Below are positions 1 to 10,576 of a stretch of DNA of 64,000 nucleotides, piece after piece. The position numbers were made by a program, and so were the translations under genes. Position 1 is the stretch's first letter. Each line of letters begins with the position of its first letter. The DNA comes from a virus: the IMG/VR virus record IMGVR_UViG_3300025684_000010. One strand, written 5' to 3'. The notes under the pieces are model-generated. The model was not told the DNA's origin. It searched no databases and worked only from the letters and a program-made list of their open reading frames with translations.

Positions 1-2627
1 GGGTGAGTAAACGTTGAGTTAGCATCCGTAATATTTAATCTTTCAACACCGCCTGTGACAAACGTTTGACTATCTGCAGCATCAAAACCAAAGTAATTAT
101 TTGTATCACCACGATGACGAATATAACTATCAATATCAATTTGCGACATCTGTGAAGTGCCAGCAAAGTCACCATAATAGTTTGTATCATTTACATCGTA
201 GAATAGTGGTGAACGAACCGATCCTGCCGCCGTTGTGAACGTTGCTACTTGTAGTCCTTGAGTACCGCCTGTGACAATTTCAAAACTGTCAGCTGCGTTA
301 AAGTTCAAGTAAGTATTTGTATCTCCATCATGGAAGATAGTACCAACAAGAGCAATACCAGACATTCTTGAATTACTTGCCGGGTCAACATAATATGTTG
401 CGTTATTTAGATCGTAGAATCTACCTGCGTATACATCTGGGAAGATTGCATCAACGGTACTTGTAATATTAGTTGCATTGATTTCTAATCTTTCAACTGC
501 GTTTGTGGTAAAGATAATATTATCGTTAGAATCAAAACCGAAGAATGTATTTGTATCATCGTTGTGTTGAATGTAATCGTTAATACCAATACGATTCATT
601 CTTGATGTTGAAGCAGGATCTGCGTAATAAGTATTATCATCAGCATCAGTAAATCTTGAGGCTGATAGATCACCACTGAACGTACCGTTTACCGCTGTAA
701 GATCACCACTAATATCAATATCACCTGTAATATCAACACCGTCGTTATCAACACCTAATCTTTCAGATCCACCAGTTTGTAAACTAATGTCATCAGTAGT
801 AAATTGTAATTTGGTATCAGTATCACCGTTATGGTATAAATCATCGTCAATACCAATTGCATGCATTATTGAATCAGAGGCAGGATTTACGACGTATGAA
901 TTATTATCTGCATCTACAAATCGTTGACCAATTACATCAGTACCTGCGGTTACAGTTGTACCTGCACTTACAGAACCAGCAGTGGCCGATATATTACCCG
1001 CAGTTGCTGTAATATTGTTTTGAGCAGTAACATCATCGCCTGCGATAACATCTCCTGCAGTTGCAGTAACGTTTCCTGTTGTTGCCGTAACACCAGTTCC
1101 ACCGGTTACAGTTGTTCCTGCAGCGACTGAACCCGCCGTTGCTGCAATATTACCTGAGGTTGCCGTGATATCATTTTCAGCAGTTACACTATCACCAGCA
1201 ATTACATCACCGGCAGTTGCTGTTATATCGCCTGCAGTTGCCGTTATGTCTTGGGCAGCAGTTACATCATTGCCTGCGGTTACGTCACCGACTGTCGCTG
1301 ATACATTGCCTGTCGTTGCGATTACACCTGTTCCACCAGTTACCGTGGTTCCTGCCGCGACTGTTGTTCCTGCAGTAACTGAACCCGTGGTTGCCGCAAT
1401 ATTACCAGATGTTGCCGTTACATCATCCTCGGCGATAACGTTACGACCTGCTTCTACATCTCTATCAACATTCCAATCGCCGTCGGTATCTGAACTTGCA
1501 TTCCAGCCAGAGTTATCTGATTTTAAGAAACCTACTGTACCATTATTTCCATATAGTACTCTATCTTGACCAGTTGTGGCAAAATTGATTTGTGCAGCGC
1601 CAGCGCCATCACCTACAGTAAGATCACCTTCTATTGTAATATTACCTGTGGCGGTATCATCAGCATCACTACGAAGGAACTGAGCAGCTTCTAAACCATC
1701 TACGGTATCAGCATCGAATCCATTTCCTGAACCTTCATCTGCTGTTGTAATAACTCTACCAAGAACCGCATTGTTAACTTCTAATTGCCAATAGTCTGAC
1801 GTTTCATTCCATACAAGTTTAGGATTTGCTAATGTACCACGCTCAACTTCAATACCTGCATTCTCTGAAGGAGTAGAGCCTGTATAGTTAGCATTAAGAG
1901 TAATGATATTATCAGAAAGTAAAATCTCTTCGGTATTTACATAAGTAGTATTACCTGATACCGTAAAGTCTCCGCCAACTGTTAGATTACCGGCAACCTG
2001 GGCATTTGCTTGAGCATCAAGCAAAGCTTTAATAACTGCTTGGCCATCAATCGTAATGTTGGTATCAATTTGTGCAGAACCAGTTACATCAATATCCTGT
2101 AAGAAAGATATTGTTCCTGCTGCAGAATCTGCAACATCGGATCTTAGGAATTGACTTGCTTCTAAACCATCAACTGTATCTGCATCAAGGTTATTACCTG
2201 AACCTTCGTCTGCAGTTGTGAGTATACGATTATCATCAATCGTCGTTGTGGCAACACCTGTAAAATTAATTCCCGTAGATGTAAAGGCTGCTATTTCAGT
2301 GCCTGCATAATTAATAACAATACCAGCAGTATCGTCATGAAACTCAATGCTGTTATCAACACCAGGATTTGTTATTTTATAATCGCCTGCAGAGATGTTG
2401 CGAATCTGGAGTGAATCAGAATCACCTTCAAACGCTGCAATTATTGTTCCTGCTGAATGGCCACCAGAATTGGTAACTTTTAAAGTTGGAGTGGTCTGTG
2501 TTCCTTGTGTAAGGACCGAATCACCGGTAACCTGGAGTTTTTCTCCAGTATCGGTTGTGCTGCCTATTACGGCATTTTCGGGTGTTAAGAGACCATTCTT
2601 AACTATAAACTTTTTATCATTTGCCAT
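1..2627 (-). CDS. Tail fibre-like structural protein; 3' end runs off the window
   Basis: ATG at 2627 (MANDKKFIVKNGLLTPENAVIG...) follows GGGGAGAG and a TATAAATA late promoter. The same frame reads VTGGVERLNITD near position 30. It is missing from the ORF track because there is no stop in the window. It contains LDADTVDG motifs and Gly/Thr/Ala-rich fibre repeats. Confidence 0.8.
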   Translation of the reverse strand, partial: MANDKKFIVKNGLLTPENAVIGSTTDTGEKLQVTGDSVLTQGTQTTPTLKVTNSGGHSAGTIIAAFEGDSDSLQIRNISAGDYKITNPGVDNSIEFHDDTAGIVINYAGTEIAAFTSTGINFTGVATTTIDDNRILTTADEGSGNNLDADTVDGLEASQFLRSDVADSAAGTISFLQDIDVTGSAQIDTNITIDGQAVIKALLDAQANAQVAGNLTVGGDFTVSGNTTYVNTEEILLSDNIITLNANYTGSTPSENAGIEVERGTLANPKLVWNETSDYWQLEVNNAVLGRVITTADEGSGNGFDADTVDGLEAAQFLRSDADDTATGNITIEGDLTVGDGAGAAQINFATTGQDRVLYGNNGTVGFLKSDNSGWNASSDTDGDWNVDRDVEAGRNVIAEDDVTATSGNIAATTGSVTAGTTVAAGTTVTGGTGVIATTGNVSATVGDVTAGNDVTAAQDITATAGDITATAGDVIAGDSVTAENDITATSGNIAATAGSVAAGTTVTGGTGVTATTGNVTATAGDVIAGDDVTAQNNITATAGNISATAGSVSAGTTVTAGTDVIGQRFVDADNNSYVVNPASDSIMHAIGIDDDLYHNGDTDTKLQFTTDDISLQTGGSERLGVDNDGVDITGDIDISGDLTAVNGTFSGDLSASRFTDADDNTYYADPASTSRMNRIGINDYIQHNDDTNTFFGFDSNDNIIFTTNAVERLEINATNITSTVDAIFPDVYAGRFYDLNNATYYVDPASNSRMSGIALVGTIFHDGDTNTYLNFNAADSFEIVTGGTQGLQVATFTTAAGSVRSPLFYDVNDTNYYGDFAGTSQMSQIDIDSYIRHRGDTNNYFGFDAADSQTFVTGGVERLNITDANSTFTH

Positions 2628-2674
2628 TCGGTTCACTCTCCCCAGATAGGCGGTTTAAATTAATTCTATACCTT

Positions 2675-2682
2675 TATTTATA
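2675..2682 (-). promoter_or_regulatory. T4-type late promoter TATAAATA
   Basis: Exact T4 gp55 late consensus on the minus strand, about 50 nt upstream of the ATG at 2627. Confidence 0.75.
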
Positions 2683-2684
2683 AG

Positions 2685-5600
2685 TTACGACTCGGTGTAT
2701 GTTGCGAAAACTGTAAAAGTAGTACTTGTAGCGGAGGCAGGAGTACATCTTAATCTTGATAATCCTGAGGCGTTATCTATTTCATAAGTAGCAAGTTCAC
2801 TACCTGATGTTATTCGGCCGAATTCTGTTCCTAAGAAATCAGATCCTGTATCAATTGCCAATATTTTAGTTACATCAATATCAGAGCCTGATTTTGCCGT
2901 AACCATATATTCAACGCTTTTAAATTGACCTGATGCATATTGGTCAATACTTACTTGAGTTGTTGCTGTTGTTATTGTTTCTTTAGTTGTAATTCGTCCA
3001 TGTTCAAAGTTTAAATTACCATCAAGACTAACATTATTTGTAGCAGTAAGATTAGGAACCGTCAAGTTCCCTGTCATTGTATCTCCAGTTACATTAACAT
3101 ATCTTGCATCAGCAATTGCGATTGTTAATACCGCAAGATTACCTTTCGTAAATCCTACAACATGACCAAACTCATCGAAGTCCATACTCTCAATAACTTC
3201 GGCATTTGGTAGATCCAACACGCCAGTATTCGCAACGCTTGAAGTATCACCATGAGTTAGTGTAACATCACCACTTAGTGCTCCGCCGCCAGCTAATCCA
3301 GTTCCACCTAATACACTTTGAGTTTTATCAACCTTAAGTCCTAGTGCAGTAGTAACTTCAGTTTCAGTAAAGTAACGATTATCTAATTGACCTGCATCAA
3401 GTTCAGTTTCGGTATAGTACTGATTGTCTAATTGACCTGCGTTTAATTCTGTTTCGGTATAATATCTGTTATCAAGTTGACCTGCATCTAATTCTGTTTC
3501 TGTATAATAACGATCATCAAAATCAACTTGATCTAAACCAGTCACATGACCGTAAGTATCGAGAACTACATCTTGTATTACCTGTCCGCCGCTTCCTAAT
3601 ACACTTGCCTGAGTACTTGTGTCAGCGTGATTAATTGTAATTGAGCTATTAGCTGCTTGGTTGACGGTAAATGTTCCACCGCCGTCAATTGCATTTCCTG
3701 CTGTGACTGTAATTGTTGCGTCGTTAATGCCACCGGCAGCTGCGGCAGTAGCAGCTGCAATAATATCTGAAGCGTGTTGTCCATCAAGCAGATCTGCATC
3801 AAGATTAGTACCTGTTCCGTCAACCGTAATTAATGCGGCAAGTATTTCAGCAGCAGTTTGATCTGCGGTTGCACTAGCTTCTATAAGATCAAGTTTTGCA
3901 CCATCTGTTGATACATCACGTCCATCAACCGTACCTGAAATTGTAATGTTGCCATTAATATCAAGTTCACCAAATTGATGTATGTCCGCATTAAATACAG
4001 AACCATCATTTGTTGTTAATTGTAACGTTGTATTAGCAGAATGCCAATCAAGATCCGATACACCAAGCACTGCTGCGGTTGAAGCAAGGGTGATACGACC
4101 ATCTTCATCAATTGTTATGACAGGAATCGCAGAAGAACCACCATACTGTCCTGCCGTAACAGCGGTATTAGCAAGCTCTGCTGTAATTGATATTGTTCCA
4201 TTACCTAGGTCCGTAAGTGTTGTAGTACCTGTACCAGTGACCTTACCGGTTATTGCTACATCAATCTGTGGGTCAGGTAAATTAGTTGCGTTTGTAAAAT
4301 CAAGGTAATATGTACCTTCTTGACCGTCTAATAAATCTGCATCTAATCCTGATGTTGTTCCATCAACAGTTTTAATTGCTGTTAGAATTTCTGCCGCGGT
4401 TTGATCTCCGGTTGAACCAGCTTCTATACCATCAAGCTTTGTACCATCAGCTGCAACATCACGTCCATCAACTGTTCCTGTAACAGTTATATCACCAGTA
4501 ACATCAATTCCTGCACCAAAGTCAACGTTGGCGGCAAAGTCAGATATAATGGTGTTGTATGAAGAACCATCTCCTGTATTGATTTGGAATGTGTTGTTTG
4601 CGTTGTACCATTGGGTACTTCCAATGCCAGCTACAGAGGCTGTGGTGACGGACGTAAGACGACCATCAGCAGCAACAGTTATAATTGGAATAGAGGTTGC
4701 ACCACCGTAAGATGCGGCAGTAACTCCTGAAGCAGTAATATCAGCGGTTAATGTACCACTTGCTAAATCAGTTAATGTTACCGCGCCTGATAAATCACCA
4801 GCAAGCGTAATTGTAGGATCAGGTTTATTTGTTGCATTTGTAAAATCTGTATAGTATGCACTGTTTGCACCATCAAGTAAATCAGCGTCTAATCCAGAAT
4901 ATTCTCCATCAACTGTTTTAAGTAATGTTAATATTTCAGATGCTGTTTGGTCTGCGGTTGCGCCTGTCTCTATACCATCAAGTTTAGTACCGTCTGCATT
5001 AACATCACGACCATCAACTGTTCCTGTAACAGTAATATCACCAGTGACATCAATTCCTGCGCCGAAATCAACATTAGCATCAAAGGCAGAAACATTTGTT
5101 TGAAATAAACTTCCGTCAACCGTTGAAATCTCAAAAGTATTATTTGCGGTATACCAATCAACTCCATCAACACCTGCGACCGAAACATCAGCGGCGGCTG
5201 TAATACGACCATCTTCGTCAACTGTGAATGTTGGTATAAGAGAAGCTGAACCGTAAGAGGCTGCGGTAACTGCTGTATTCGCAAGTTCTGCTGTAATAGA
5301 AATCGTGCCGTTACCAAGATCAGTTAAAGTGGTCGTCCCTGACCCGGTGACCTTCCCTGTTATATTGACATCAATCTGTGGATCTGGTTTGTTCGTTGTA
5401 TTAGTAAAATCTAAATAGTACGAACCTTCTTGTCCATCAAGTTGATCGGCGTCAAATCCATTCCCTGCGCCTTCATCACCAGTGGTAATGATTCTTCCAA
5501 TTGTTCCACCCGAAGCAACTTCCCAATAATCGTTTGCTTCATTCCATTGTAGAACTACGTTACTGCTTGTTCCTCTTTCGACTTCGAGTCCTGCATCTTG

Positions 5601-6008
5601 AGAAGGAGTACCTGCCTCGTTTGCGTTAAGAGTAATAATATTATCGGATAACTGAATTGTTTCCGTATTGACATATGTGGTATTACCCGATACGGTAAGG
5701 TTGCCTGATACGACAAGATTACCATTAAAGGTATCATCTTCATCGGATCTTAAAAATTGTGCGGAAGATATTCCGTCTAATAGATCTGCATCAAGACCTG
5801 AGCCTGCTCCGTCGACTGTTTTAAGTAAGGTAAGTAGGTCATTGGCATCTGCACTAAACTCAACAATGGATTCTACTCCACCGGTTTCTTGTTTAATGTA
5901 GAGTTTACCGTCAGCAGTGTTTATGGCGAGTTCGCCTAACTCCAGATTTGAGGTAGTAGGTATTCGGCCTGCTACGGCACTACGTTTTAACTTAATTAAT
6001 GTCGACAT
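2685..6008 (-). CDS. Long tail fibre protein with a gp37-like N-terminus (1107 aa)
   Basis: The N-terminus IKLKRSAVAGRIPTTSNLELGELAINTADGKLY resembles the T4 gp37 start ([26 protein letters not shown]). It has five LDAD(L/Q)LDG repeats and a fibre-like composition. Confidence 0.75.
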   Translation of the reverse strand: MSTLIKLKRSAVAGRIPTTSNLELGELAINTADGKLYIKQETGGVESIVEFSADANDLLTLLKTVDGAGSGLDADLLDGISSAQFLRSDEDDTFNGNLVVSGNLTVSGNTTYVNTETIQLSDNIITLNANEAGTPSQDAGLEVERGTSSNVVLQWNEANDYWEVASGGTIGRIITTGDEGAGNGFDADQLDGQEGSYYLDFTNTTNKPDPQIDVNITGKVTGSGTTTLTDLGNGTISITAELANTAVTAASYGSASLIPTFTVDEDGRITAAADVSVAGVDGVDWYTANNTFEISTVDGSLFQTNVSAFDANVDFGAGIDVTGDITVTGTVDGRDVNADGTKLDGIETGATADQTASEILTLLKTVDGEYSGLDADLLDGANSAYYTDFTNATNKPDPTITLAGDLSGAVTLTDLASGTLTADITASGVTAASYGGATSIPIITVAADGRLTSVTTASVAGIGSTQWYNANNTFQINTGDGSSYNTIISDFAANVDFGAGIDVTGDITVTGTVDGRDVAADGTKLDGIEAGSTGDQTAAEILTAIKTVDGTTSGLDADLLDGQEGTYYLDFTNATNLPDPQIDVAITGKVTGTGTTTLTDLGNGTISITAELANTAVTAGQYGGSSAIPVITIDEDGRITLASTAAVLGVSDLDWHSANTTLQLTTNDGSVFNADIHQFGELDINGNITISGTVDGRDVSTDGAKLDLIEASATADQTAAEILAALITVDGTGTNLDADLLDGQHASDIIAAATAAAAGGINDATITVTAGNAIDGGGTFTVNQAANSSITINHADTSTQASVLGSGGQVIQDVVLDTYGHVTGLDQVDFDDRYYTETELDAGQLDNRYYTETELNAGQLDNQYYTETELDAGQLDNRYFTETEVTTALGLKVDKTQSVLGGTGLAGGGALSGDVTLTHGDTSSVANTGVLDLPNAEVIESMDFDEFGHVVGFTKGNLAVLTIAIADARYVNVTGDTMTGNLTVPNLTATNNVSLDGNLNFEHGRITTKETITTATTQVSIDQYASGQFKSVEYMVTAKSGSDIDVTKILAIDTGSDFLGTEFGRITSGSELATYEIDNASGLSRLRCTPASATSTTFTVFATYTES
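3360..3520 (-). repeat. 39-bp (13-aa) tandem repeat, about 4 copies, Y(Y/F)TETEL(D/N)AGQLDN(R/Q)
   Basis: Read directly in the translation: DDRYYTETELDAGQLDNRYYTETELNAGQLDNQYYTETELDAGQLDNRYFTETEV. Confidence 0.9.
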
Positions 6009-6049
6009 ATATATGTCCTTTTTATGATGTACCTATAAAGGTAAATTAT

Positions 6050-9000
6050 TTAAAAGGTTCCTCCATCTAATTCTGTGACCGTAACATCTCCACTCGCAAC
6101 CGTAAAGTTACTTGCGTTAAACGAAGCAACACCAATATTGGTATCACTTGCTAATTCACCGGCAATTAATATTTGGTTATTACTAACCGTCGTGTTGATT
6201 CCTTCACCTGCGGCAAAGGTAATCGTTTCACCTAATGCAATTGTATCTGTAGTTCCAGTCTCGGCTGATATAGAAATACCACCCGTTGTTAGATTATTTA
6301 TGGATAAATCTAAAAATTGTTTATTTACTGCATCTAAACTATTGACAGGGTTGGATAAACCTGTTATAATATTGTTATCAACATTTAAACTACCAGTAGA
6401 AGATATCGTGATATCGCCAGACGAATTACTGATTGTGTTGTTCGCAACTGTTAGATTACCACCTATAACCAAACTCTGATCTAGATTTAATCCGAGGAAT
6501 CTCGAATCTCCACCCGCAGGGTTAAGGAGATAGTCTTGATCTTGATAATCAATAAATCTTCGAGAGTAAACGTCTCCGTCTTTTACATACCAACTGTCAT
6601 CTGATCTATCAAAGTAAGTACTAAAGTTAAACGAATTACTTAAGAAACCAGCTTGCGTACCCAAAGCGTAGAAATACATATTTCCACTGCCTGTACCCAT
6701 AATGATCTGCGATACAGATTGCTGATAACCAATATGCATGTTCTTAAATCGAGAAGTACCCGACGGATCGGCATAGAATTGTAAATTATCTTTACTTACA
6801 AATTTTGTTGCTCTTAAATCACCGTTAGATGTATCACCGCCTTCCGCATTAATATACCTTGCATCAAGATCAACATAATCAAATGTTGTTGTGATAGAAA
6901 CGTTAGAGTTATTCTGAACTGTTCCGCTACCAGTGACTGCGCCTGTTAATGCAACATCAAACGGATTCGTATAGAAGTTTAATTTCTGATTTGGATTATC
7001 AGCAATAACTTGAATACCACTCTCAACGTTATTTCTAACCGCGTCTTCAAGAACACCGTAAATAGAAGGTACAAAATCAACAACCGCGTTTGAAGATACA
7101 GATAGAGGAATGTTAACTATCGAGCGAACACGTCCGTAAACGTCAAACTCAAAGTTTGGTACCGTTCCTTCAATACCAGCTTCTCTTAATCCTACAAACG
7201 AATCCCATACGGTATCCAAAGCAAATGCAGCAACGTTATTCGCTGAATCATAACTTTCAATTGTAAGACCAGTTCCAACCTCAAGACTTGGCGTATTCGT
7301 TGTATTGAATAGATCAAGAGGATATGTATTAGCGCCTTTCGTTACATGGAAATCTCTATCAAAAGTATTTTCCACATAATACTTAGTGACAGCGTCTGAA
7401 TTCGCAATCGGTTCAGCAAGACCTGTTATAATAGTATTACTTACATTGATGTTTCCACCAATATCAAATACGAGGTTTGTAGTACCGTCTGTTTTAATTG
7501 CTTGGTTATTATCAACCTTAAACGCAGTAACACCAGCAGTAACAAACCTTAATTCATCGTTATCAGCGCCTGCGCTCGATTCTGCTTCAATAAAGGTATC
7601 TTGGTCAACATCTTTAACTCCGCCAAGACTTGCCCACGCAGTTCCAATGTAACCTTCAAATACTCCATCTGAACTATTGAACCGAACCATACCTGCAGAA
7701 AGCGAAGAAGGCCTATCTGCGGTTGCTCCCGTAGGTAATACAATTGCCCCGGGTGTATCGAAAGTAACAACACCAGTGTCACTATCAATTGTTCTTACGT
7801 GTAATTGATTCCAATTAGAACCAGTAGCACCAAGATTATAAGTAGCGTCTGTCTGCGGTATTAAATTACTCGAGAAATCAGCAATAACATTAATTGAATC
7901 TGTTACTTGATCACCAAGAGTTAAATTACCTGAGATAGTTAAATCACCAGTAAACTCACCGTCACCATCAACTCTAAATAATGTTCCGTCCCAAGTTAGC
8001 CCTGCATCATCAGTTAATGCACCACCTGGACCTGCGACCACAACTCGATTATCTGTAAGATTGCCTACTGATAGCTGATCTGTTGCTGCGTTATATGTTA
8101 ATCCTGAATCACCAGTAATTTGTCCGTTTGCACCAGCAACGAATACTTGACCTAAAGAAACTGTTTCAATGGTTGGAGCTTTTAAGAATTCGGCGGAAGC
8201 ATTAACTATTAAATGCGTACCGTCAAACTTAATATTATTATTTGAAGATAACGCACCAGTATCGGTTACGAACATCATTGTGTTCGCTTCGAGGTTACCT
8301 ACTGATAAACTATCGCCTGATAAACCACCAGAAGTACTAAAGTCTCCATCAACTGTAATACCACCAACAATTGTTAAATTGGTTCCATCCCAAGAAAGGT
8401 TTGCTTCACCTTGTAATGATCCACCGTTGCCAGCAGTAACAACCGACCCAGCAGGAATTGCTGAAACCGATGCAGAACCAAACGTTGCTCCACCTGTGGC
8501 AAAGTCAAACACAACCTCATCATTAGGACCGTATTTTAAATCACCATCGGCTTCGAGCGACATTCTTTGAACGCCTGCCGTCTTGAATTTTAATTGATCG
8601 TTATCTGAGCCAGGAGAATCTTCAGCAGTAATTAAAGTATCTTTATCAACGTCTTTTACTGAACCTGCTAATTCTGACCAACCTACACCGTCATAACCTT
8701 CAAATCTTTCGTCAGAACTGTTATAACGAATCATACCAACTTCGTTGTTAGCAGGACGATCTGCGGTTCCACCTACAGGTAAAACAAATGCTCCTGTTTC
8801 ATCAATTGAAACAACACCTGAAGAACTCTTTAATGACGGAGTAAATATTCTACGCCATTCTTTAGTAGGAGTACCTAAACTGTATGTATCGGAAGCGTCA
8901 GGAACAAGATCGGAAGTAAAGTCAGCAACAACTGTTACCGTATCAACTTCATTATCACCAAGAGTTAGATTACCACCTATTGTAAGATTACCTGAAATAT

Positions 9001-10093
9001 CGGCATTAGCATCTATTGTAAACGTTGAACCATCAAACCTTAATTTATTACTATCAACTAATTCACCGGCAGCGCCTGCGAAAGTAATTCTTCCTGATGT
9101 TAAATCAGTAACATTAACTGAACCTAAAGTTGTTTGGCCAGGAACTCGAAGTATATCTAAGAATACACCACCGCTTGCCGTAATAGAAACATCATCAAAG
9201 GTAAGGTTAGCGGAATCAATTAATTCGCCATTTGCACCAGCGTACATGATTCGACCTTGAGTCAAATCTTTAATGTTAACACTACCTAATGTTGCTTGTC
9301 CTGAACTAACATCAAGGGAATCTAAAAATACACCGCCTGTTGCGACTATACTTGTTCCGTTATATGTCAATCCTGCGTTATCAACTAATTCTCCGCCAGC
9401 TCCTGCATATACAATACGAGTAGGTGTAAGATCAGATACATTTAAACTATCTACATCAGCTTGACCGTCAACTTGTAATCCATCAAGGAATACACCACCC
9501 GAAGCAATTAACGAGGTACCATCAAACGTTAATCCTGCACTATCAGATACAAAGCCATTCGCTCCAGCAAATAATATTCTGCCGTTAGTAATGTTTCGTA
9601 TAGATAACGTATTTGATAATACTGGACCGCCAACATCGAGAGATGTAAGTCCTGTAAGAGTTGAGGTTGATTCACCGAGTGTAAGTGAAGTAGTACCAAT
9701 TGTAATGTTATCAGAAGATATAACTGTTGAATTGGCTGAGAAGTTTAACGGATTTAAAGTTACATTCTCGAAACTTGTAATATGCCCAAAAGTATCAATT
9801 GCGATATTTTTTGGATAACTTAAATTTGGATTTGTTGTACTTACAGCGTTTGAAGTATCAGCATGACCAATAACAACATTTGCTGCTTCATCAACAATAG
9901 TTTGTGTAATAACAATTCCGTCACCAGGATTAACCTGTTGAACATAACCGCCTATAGTATCTATACCTAAGACAACGGAATCTGGAACGATTTGAGGCTT
10001 TCGTTCGGCAGGAGCTACAATAGAAGTAGATTGGCCTTGTTTTGGGACGGCCTTAATCGTTCGGCCACCTCCGACCTTAACTTTTATTGACAC
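6050..10093 (-). CDS. Tail fibre / virion structural protein (1347 aa)
   Basis: Long ORF with a GTG start directly after the upstream TAA. It has repeated fibre motifs (L...RI..AGA.GEL.D...L.FDG; P.G.TADRP.....GM.R.NS....FEGY.G..W). Confidence 0.7.
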   Translation of the reverse strand: MSIKVKVGGGRTIKAVPKQGQSTSIVAPAERKPQIVPDSVVLGIDTIGGYVQQVNPGDGIVITQTIVDEAANVVIGHADTSNAVSTTNPNLSYPKNIAIDTFGHITSFENVTLNPLNFSANSTVISSDNITIGTTSLTLGESTSTLTGLTSLDVGGPVLSNTLSIRNITNGRILFAGANGFVSDSAGLTFDGTSLIASGGVFLDGLQVDGQADVDSLNVSDLTPTRIVYAGAGGELVDNAGLTYNGTSIVATGGVFLDSLDVSSGQATLGSVNIKDLTQGRIMYAGANGELIDSANLTFDDVSITASGGVFLDILRVPGQTTLGSVNVTDLTSGRITFAGAAGELVDSNKLRFDGSTFTIDANADISGNLTIGGNLTLGDNEVDTVTVVADFTSDLVPDASDTYSLGTPTKEWRRIFTPSLKSSSGVVSIDETGAFVLPVGGTADRPANNEVGMIRYNSSDERFEGYDGVGWSELAGSVKDVDKDTLITAEDSPGSDNDQLKFKTAGVQRMSLEADGDLKYGPNDEVVFDFATGGATFGSASVSAIPAGSVVTAGNGGSLQGEANLSWDGTNLTIVGGITVDGDFSTSGGLSGDSLSVGNLEANTMMFVTDTGALSSNNNIKFDGTHLIVNASAEFLKAPTIETVSLGQVFVAGANGQITGDSGLTYNAATDQLSVGNLTDNRVVVAGPGGALTDDAGLTWDGTLFRVDGDGEFTGDLTISGNLTLGDQVTDSINVIADFSSNLIPQTDATYNLGATGSNWNQLHVRTIDSDTGVVTFDTPGAIVLPTGATADRPSSLSAGMVRFNSSDGVFEGYIGTAWASLGGVKDVDQDTFIEAESSAGADNDELRFVTAGVTAFKVDNNQAIKTDGTTNLVFDIGGNINVSNTIITGLAEPIANSDAVTKYYVENTFDRDFHVTKGANTYPLDLFNTTNTPSLEVGTGLTIESYDSANNVAAFALDTVWDSFVGLREAGIEGTVPNFEFDVYGRVRSIVNIPLSVSSNAVVDFVPSIYGVLEDAVRNNVESGIQVIADNPNQKLNFYTNPFDVALTGAVTGSGTVQNNSNVSITTTFDYVDLDARYINAEGGDTSNGDLRATKFVSKDNLQFYADPSGTSRFKNMHIGYQQSVSQIIMGTGSGNMYFYALGTQAGFLSNSFNFSTYFDRSDDSWYVKDGDVYSRRFIDYQDQDYLLNPAGGDSRFLGLNLDQSLVIGGNLTVANNTISNSSGDITISSTGSLNVDNNIITGLSNPVNSLDAVNKQFLDLSINNLTTGGISISAETGTTDTIALGETITFAAGEGINTTVSNNQILIAGELASDTNIGVASFNASNFTVASGDVTVTELDGGTF

Positions 10094-10432
10094 TTACGAA
10101 ACCTCCGTAATAGTATCAACTACGATCGCCAAGCCTTCTACTATTTTTGTCAGTTCTCCTGTTTGTTTTTCCATTACGACATCATATTGATATTTACCAG
10201 GCTTAAGTGTATCTGTCTGCTGATCTGTTAGTACCAATGTGATATCATTGTTTGCGACTTCGATTGTAAAATTGGCTGAGGCGGTAGAAGAATATACCTT
10301 TCGTATGCTACTATAGAAGTTATAAACTGAAATAGTTGCGTCATCATATTCGACACCTTCATCATTAAACAGATTCAATTCTGTTCTGAAGTCCAATCCT
10401 TTATCGATGTATATGTTAGCTCTTGATGCCAT
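10094..10432 (-). CDS. Small virion structural protein (BppU N-terminal-like Ig fold)
   Basis: 112 aa with ANIYIDKGLDF and L..GKYQYDVV....G..TKIVEG...V, a pattern typical of small fibre-associated proteins of T4-like marine phages. Confidence 0.55.
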   Translation of the reverse strand: MASRANIYIDKGLDFRTELNLFNDEGVEYDDATISVYNFYSSIRKVYSSTASANFTIEVANNDITLVLTDQQTDTLKPGKYQYDVVMEKQTGELTKIVEGLAIVVDTITEVS

Positions 10433-10469
10433 TGTGATGAAACCTTTTATTTTTTATATATTATTACCT

Positions 10470-10477
10470 TATTTATA
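10470..10477 (-). promoter_or_regulatory. T4-type late promoter TATAAATA
   Basis: Exact consensus in the intergenic region upstream of 10432. Confidence 0.75.
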
Positions 10478-10576
10478 ATATCCGGTCCCACAAATAGAAA
10501 AGGACATTATAGAAATGCCCTTATCGTTAACCATTATCTTTTCTAATGTCAAGAGCACGTTTTTTACATAATATAA

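Noticed and set aside
924-9818. Many plus-strand ORFs of 60-170 aa opposite the fibre genes
   Set aside because: These are shadow ORFs from the codon bias of Gly/Thr/Ala/Val-rich sense genes. They have no RBS or promoter context and a low-complexity product.
10433-10576. TTGACA and an imperfect inverted repeat in the 144-bp intergenic gap
   Set aside because: There is no acceptable -10 element at 16-18 nt and the inverted repeat is weak. Only the late promoter is supported.
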